From the NCBI RefSeq assembly GCF_009914755.1, contig NC_060936.1: a stretch of 64,000 nt of DNA. One strand, 5' to 3'. The notes beneath the pieces were generated by a model, which ran no database searches, was not told the DNA's origin, and saw only the letters and a list, made by a program, of their open reading frames with translations. This DNA comes from the human T2T-CHM13v2.0 reference genome, Homo sapiens. The position numbers were made by a program, and so were the translations under genes. Position 1 is the stretch's first letter; every line of letters begins with the position of its first letter. Below are positions 42,752 to 64,000 of the stretch, one piece after another.

Positions 42752-43639
42752 TTACTTTCCATCCCTTCAATCTTTTCTTCCCGCTGACCAAACCCTGGCT
42801 CAGGCCACCGAAGGGGATATTTGAATCTGTAGAGCATCTACATTTAGTTCAGTATTGCTGTCCCATGTAAGCCCCAGGTGGGAAGGAAATAGAAGACTCT
42901 CCAATGCTTGCTAACTTTAATTAGATTAGCGCCATCCAATGGAGAAATGAAGACCATGAACTACTTTGCAAACCTAGCAGGCAGGGGAGGGGTGAAGTGG
43001 GGGCCAACAGTGTTACTGTAGTAGAAGTTCCTCTACATGGAAACGTGAGGCAAGAGGAAAGGAAGTTCCTCCCTAATAGGTGGCTGTTTAATCAGAATCC
43101 ATCCCCTCCTCCTTCGTTGTGTAGTGTTCATGTCCTTCACATGGTATTGGGTTTACACCTAGCTCTAGGATGTCTTTGTGAACCTATATTCCTTTTAAGA
43201 GTTACTGACTCAGGGATGAACAGTTATCCTAAGCTGGCCTAATTAGGATGAGGTTCAGAACTTTTGTTTGATAGTTGGAGAAAGGAACATCCTCTTCTTA
43301 CCTTGGGTGTAAATATGATATATACCGTCCCAAAATTACCAGTAGCCTTACAAGGAAAGCCAGGCCAAGGATGAAGCCAATATACAGAATGGAGCAGAGC
43401 CAAGAATATCACTGAAAAGTAGACTATATTATAAACTCTGGCTCAAATCATACAGGAAGCCTACTCAATATCTGGAATTTGTCAGTTAATGTGAGCCAAT
43501 GAATTCCTTTTATTTTTTCAGCCAGTTTGAGTTATTTTCTTTAACTTTCAACTGAATGTTTACTCTCAAAATAAGGGGAATAGTCTCTAAGATCCCGTCC
43601 AGTTAAAAAAAAAAAAAAAACCTTATGAATCTAAAAGGA

Positions 43640-44731
<1,092 letters not shown>

Positions 44732-44912
44732 CAAGATGAGGAAGAAATTTTAGCAGCCTTCTGCAGAAGGTATTTTCCTGGGTTGGCTGGGTTCCTTCCA
44801 TCAAACCAAAATCAAGAGTATATGAGTAGAAATTAAAATGCAGATTTTCTATCAAAAGTTAGAATACTCATACCCTCTGATTCATCAATTCTGCATCTCA
44901 GACTTTCTCCTA

Positions 44913-49604
<4,692 letters not shown>

Positions 49605-49619
49605 CTAAGGTAGATTATA

Positions 49620-50040
49620 CAGCCGATCCTGAACAACACTGGTTTGAACTGTGTGGGTCTGCTTATATGCCAATTTTCTTCTGCCTTTGCTGCCCCTGAG
49701 ACAGCCTGTTCTTCCTCCTCCTCCTCAGCCTACTCAATATGAAGATGATGAGGATGGAGACTTTTATGAAGAGCTACTTCCACTTAATAAACAGTAAACA
49801 TACTTTCTCTTCCTTATGATTTTCTTCACATTTTCTTTTACTTAGCTTACTTTAAGAATACAATACATAACACATATAACATACAAAATATGTGTTAATC
49901 AACTGTTTATATTATCCATAAGGCTTGTGCTGTACAGTAGGTTATTAGTAGTTAAATTCTGGGGGAGTCAAAAGTTAAATGCAAATTTTCTACTTGAGGA
50001 AGTGTCGGTGCCCCTAACGCCTATGTTCAAGAGTCAACTG
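49620..50040 (+). mobile_element. Tigger2a (MER28)-type relic
   Basis: TA-cagccgatcctgaacaacactggtttgaactg...gttcaagagtcaactg-TA. Confidence 0.82.
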
Positions 50041-50413
50041 TAATTCAAGTTATACATTTTAATTTTTTTCTTACACTAGTAAATACCAGACTGAGAGGAT
50101 TGAAGGTTTGACTCATTTCACACATCTTTGCTTGATCTCCTTAGCTCTTATAAACATTATTAAATGTACGGTCCTTTGTGATTAAATTATTATCATACGT
50201 GTGATATGAAATAGACTTCTGAGTTGGGCATGGTGGCTCATGCATGTAATCCCAGCAACTCAGGAGGCTGAGGCCAGAGCATCACTTGGGGCCAGGAGTT
50301 TCAGAGCAGCCTGGCAACATAGCAAACTCCATTTCTAAAAATTATTTAATTAATTCAATAAGAAAAATTTTTAAATGACTACTAAAAAATCACAAAAATA
50401 ATAACATATTTTA

Positions 50414-51361
<948 letters not shown>

Positions 51362-52467
51362 GGAGGGTTGCTTGAGCCTGGAAGATCAAAGCTGCAGTGA
51401 GCCATGATTGTTCCACTGCACTCCAGCCTGGGTGTCACAGTTAGACTTTGTCTCAAAAAAAAAAAAATGAAAATACATAAAAATGAAAAATAGAAATGAA
51501 TAGAGAAAATAATAGGTAACCCTCAGACATCAGTTTTGAAATTTTAAGTTATTAAGAACATAAAATTAAAAAAAGAACATAAAATTCAAGCTTACAATAC
51601 CCACTTAAGCCTTTTTATAAATTCCCTTTCTACAAATCTATTATAGTTATCTATAAACTGAATCCATTATAAATACCAGTGAAAAGAGTGAGTGAAGAAT
51701 ATCTTACTTAGGGATATATACTATATAAGGTATAGCTAGAAATTTTAAAATATGGTGGAGCCACCTTGTCAACATTGTTGGGTAAAAAGTGAGTTCTGGA
51801 GATGCCTCTAAGATAACATACGGCCAGATTATAATAAAGAAATAAGACAATAACAGAATTTAAAATGTTTAACTTTTAAAAAGTTACCAAAAAATGGAAA
51901 GCTTATAAGGTTAATATCTGAATTTAGGCACTAAAATATTGTCCATCTTGTAATGTATTTTAAAATGTTATCACTGGCTACAGGCAGGCATTAGCTACAC
52001 AAACGTAGCAATTAATGTGACAGCAGTTGAGTGTTGAGGCCAAATTAGAGGGAATTATTTATTCTTGTTGCTAAGATTGGAAGTGTATAGGAGGCACCCA
52101 GAAGCTACTATAAAAGAGGTTATGGTTAAATACACACTACTTTTTATATTCGTATTAAAACATACAATTTCACAAAATCCTTTCAAGAAAAGCAACCCTA
52201 AAGCAAGTGAAAGGTAGAAAACAATTGCAATCTCATGTCTGTTTTGAACAAATCTCGAATAACTATTGAGCTTTTTTCTTAAACTTTTTGTTATAGAAAT
52301 TTCCAAACACACACAAAATAGAAAGAATAGAATAATGAGCACCCATGTATCTATTACCCAGATTCAACATTTATCAACATATGGCAACATTTATCAACAT
52401 ATGGCCAATCTATTTCATTTACAACCCCTCTGCTCTCACCCCCTGCACACTAGATTATTTAAAATCA

Positions 52468-55460
<2,993 letters not shown>

Positions 55461-55465
<5 letters not shown>

Positions 55466-55659
55466 AAAGAAAGAAAAGAGAGAGAGAGAGAAAGGAAAGA
55501 AAAGAAAGAGGGAAAGAAAGAAAAAGAAAGAAAGGAAAGAGAGAAAGAAAAGAAAAGAAAAGAAGGAAAGACGGAAGGAAGGAGAGAAAGAGGGAAAGAA
55601 GAAAGAAAGAGAAAGAAAGAAAGAAAAGAAAAGAAAGAAAGAGAAAGAAAGAAAGAAAG
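55461..55659. repeat. polypurine (AAAG)n-type tract
   Basis: About 200-bp almost pure A/G run after an Alu. Confidence 0.9.
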
Positions 55660-55679
55660 ATCTATTCTCTTAACCAGAC

Positions 55680-55775
55680 AGCATAGTATAGCAGTTAAGT
55701 ACAGGACTCTGGAGGCTGCCTGTCTGGGTTTGAGTCCTACCTGGGCTGCTTACTCACTAGTGGTCTTGATTTCTT
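55680..55775 (+). mobile_element. MIR, left part (interrupted by the AK4 retrocopy)
   Basis: gcatagtatagcagttaag...ggactctggagg...ctgggtttgagtcc, typical of the MIR 5' region. Confidence 0.7.
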
Positions 55776-60652
<4,877 letters not shown>

Positions 60653-60783
60653 ATGGGTTATTGATAACTAAATTAGTTAATGTCTGTAAAGTACAGGATA
60701 ATGCCACCGAGTAACTACTAGGTAAGCATTTATTAAATGAAACACCAATTTCAGGTTAAAAAAGAAACCTGAAATGTTGATTC

Positions 60784-62503
60784 TGTTGAATAAAAAGTAT
60801 AGGAGGTTGTTTTTTTGGATTAAGTTTCTGTACTATGCTCCAACAGACAAAACCAAAAATCAAAATGGAGTCACCCATGCTAAAGTTCTGTCACCAAACT
60901 TCAATAAGTTGTTATCTGATCTTCAGAGTGAGACCAGTGGGCTGGGGGAAGTTCCCAAACACTGATGAAACCCTGACCCAGGCCAGTGTGCAGGTTCTTG
61001 ATACCATGATGAGAAGGAATTCAAGGATGAGTCAGAAAATCGTGAAAGTACGGAGATTTATTGCAAAGTAAAAATACACACTCAAGAAAGGGGAGCATGG
61101 GCATACTCATGAGAGAGCTGCACAAAGGGGCTTGGGGTTTCTTATATGGGTTTCTTTACCCAAGGGGTGGACTATTCATGAAGATTCCTGGAAAAAGGTG
61201 AAGATTTCTCAGAACTGTGATGCTGCCCATTTTAACACCAAATACAGTGTTCTTGTCACAGTGTAGGTGGGTGTGCGATTTGTTTATTAATGGGTGAATA
61301 ATGAGGTCCTAGGAGAAACCTAGGTCAAATCCTGCTCTCTGTTGGGTCCAGTTGGTTTTAGCCAGCTTGGCCCACATCCTGTTTTTCATGGTCTTATCAG
61401 TCCCCAGTTTATGGAGCTATTTCAACAGTTTCATTTTGCTAGGCATGTGAAACTGCTGCCTGGAATTTTCTGTTCTCTTGCAACCACCCTGTATTATTCC
61501 TGTCTCAAGAGAAAGCAGGAGAGAGAGATAGCCAAATTCCCAAACAGGTCACTTAATCTTCAAGAGTCACGATAATGAGTTTCCCTCTGCTTTAATCCTT
61601 TCACACACAGAAAAAGTAGCCCCAAGAAGCCTGATGTTAACTAATCAGTTATTTTTCTGTTGTTCTATCTCCTTGTCTCATCTTACAAGAAAAGTCACTT
61701 TGAAACAATGGACATAATCTTTGCTTCTTCTTTTTTTTTTTTTTTCCTGAGACAGAGTCTCGCTCTGTCATCCAGGCAGGAGTACAGTGGTGCCATCTCA
61801 GTTCACTGCAACCTCCACCTCATGGGCTGGTCCACCATGATCCTCCCACCTCAGCTTCCCGGGTAGCTGGGATTACAGGCATGGGCCACCACACCCGGCT
61901 AATTTTTGTATTTTTTAGTAGAGATGGAGTTTCAGCATGTTGCCCAGGCTGATCTTGAACTCGTGACCTCAAGTGATCCACCCTTCTGGGCCTCCTAAAG
62001 TGCTGGGATTACAGGTGTGAGCCACTGCACCCAGCCTGCTTCTTTCTTCATTCCTTCTTGCTCTGTGAAGCCAATGCCTTCTGCTCAGCTCATGATTCTG
62101 TTTTGTGGAACAAAGTGTTACCTGTTTCTAGAATTGCAAATAAAGCCAATTGAGATTTTTTTTTTTTTTTTTTTTTGGCAGAGTCACACTCTGTTGCCCA
62201 GGCTATAGTGTAGTGGTGAGATCTCAGCTCACTGCAACCTCCAACTCCTGGGTTCAAGGGATTCTTCCACCTCAGCCTGCCAAGTAGCTAGAACTACAGG
62301 TGCACACCACCATGCCCGGCTAATTTTTGTATTTTTAGTAGAGACAGGATTTCACCATGTTGGCCAGGCTGGTATTGAACTCCTAACCTCAAGTGATTTA
62401 CCCGCCTCAGCCTCCCAAAGTGCTGGGATTACAGGCATGAGCCACCGCACCCAGCCCAACTGAGATATTTAAACTAAACTTGTTGTAACTTTGTCTTTTG
62501 ACA
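60784..62503 (+). mobile_element. MER31/MER67-like ERV1 LTR containing a nested LTR and two Alus (~61730-62036, ~62155-62457)
   Basis: TG...CA ends; aaaatggagtcacccatgctaa motif; ends ttgtcttttgaca; flanks attc/agtc. Confidence 0.6.
60929..61507 (-). mobile_element. ERV1 solo LTR (MER66/LTR29-like, tentative) nested in an older LTR
   Basis: TG...CA termini with 4-bp TSD AGAG (60925-60928, 61508-61511); minus strand begins TGAGACAGGAATAATACAGGGTGG. Confidence 0.7.
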
Positions 62504-62704
62504 AGTCTAAGAATATCAGTAATTTTTTTGGCAACCAGTAGATAGCCCCTTCCCTTTTTTTAACTTCCCAAAAGGCAATTGAACCAAATCAAAATAATTT
62601 ACCAAGATGTAATCTAAACACTTCCCTCATTCAGGTTTTCCCCAGTTATTAACTATGTTAACATAATTAGTGGCTATGCCAACTCATGATATGTTCTTTT
62701 TTTA

Positions 62705-62893
<189 letters not shown>

Positions 62894-63229
62894 TTAATCA
62901 GACTTTCTTAAGACTTTGACCTTTATGCACTTTTACCTTCCTTAATAACTCTTCAAAAGAGGCCTTGAAAAAAATGCAATGACTAGCAAGTTATGGGAGT
63001 ACTGGAATGCAATGACTGTTCAAAGGTTGGTTTCACCCATAGCCATGAGTGTCATAGTCCCAGGAAGATGGGTTGAATTCAGGGCCACTCTAGGAATTTT
63101 GCTTGCGGTTTCATAAGCATAGACTATTCCAGACTCCACATCCTTTTTACCTACAATGAGTCCCAAGGCAAACAGAACACTGTGAAGTGGGAGACCAGAA
63201 TTAATCTAGTTCTCGTCAGAGTATTCTAG

Positions 63230-63626
<397 letters not shown>

Positions 63627-64000
63627 GTCGTGGGAGCTTTTTAAAGGGTTTTCAGTCTTATGAATAGTCTCAGCAATATTGAAAGACTAATATATTAATA
63701 GTAATTATTGCTTCATGTTAATCAGCATTCCAAAGATAAGGGGTCAAAACAGGTTATTAATTATAAATATCTGTGGCTCCTCTGGCCTGGAAGTTTCTCT
63801 GAATCTGAGTGAATTAGAGTGTAATGAGTGTCCCCTTTGCCTTCCCTGCACTTAGTACATGTACCTACCAAGTATTGAGTACTGACCATTAAAATTGTAA
63901 TTCTCTTCTTTTCTTCTCATTTTTATTTTTTGTGATGCTATAACAATAAAGAAGAAAATCTAAGGCTTACATAATCTTACCACCTCAATGCAATTATCTC

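Overview
Primate (almost certainly human) genomic DNA, very Alu-rich; I recognise it as the 5' end of DENND5B (12p11.21). Bases 1-33239 are DENND5B intron 1 (minus strand). Coding exon 1 (33240-33366) lies in a CpG island (~32300-34100). Upstream are a U5 snRNA copy split by an Alu, a degraded RPL31 retrocopy inserted into an Alu, and a young ~3.35 kb AK4 retrocopy (AK4P3) with an intact 223-aa ORF and a 14-bp TSD inside a MIR. Also present: several Tigger/MER2 DNA-transposon relics, MaLR/ERV1 solo LTRs with TSDs, a nested Alu>LTR>L1PA insertion and a consensus-like AluYd8. Nearly all other ORFs in the track are Alu or low-complexity artefacts. I found no convincing wholly novel system. The best leads are the intact AK4 retrogene and its promoter/antisense context, a strong-Kozak uORF plus an in-frame GGC repeat in the DENND5B leader, and the origin of the U5 copy. 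Repeat subfamily names and reference comparisons are from memory and need RepeatMasker/BLAST confirmation; repeat boundaries without a stated TSD are approximate.
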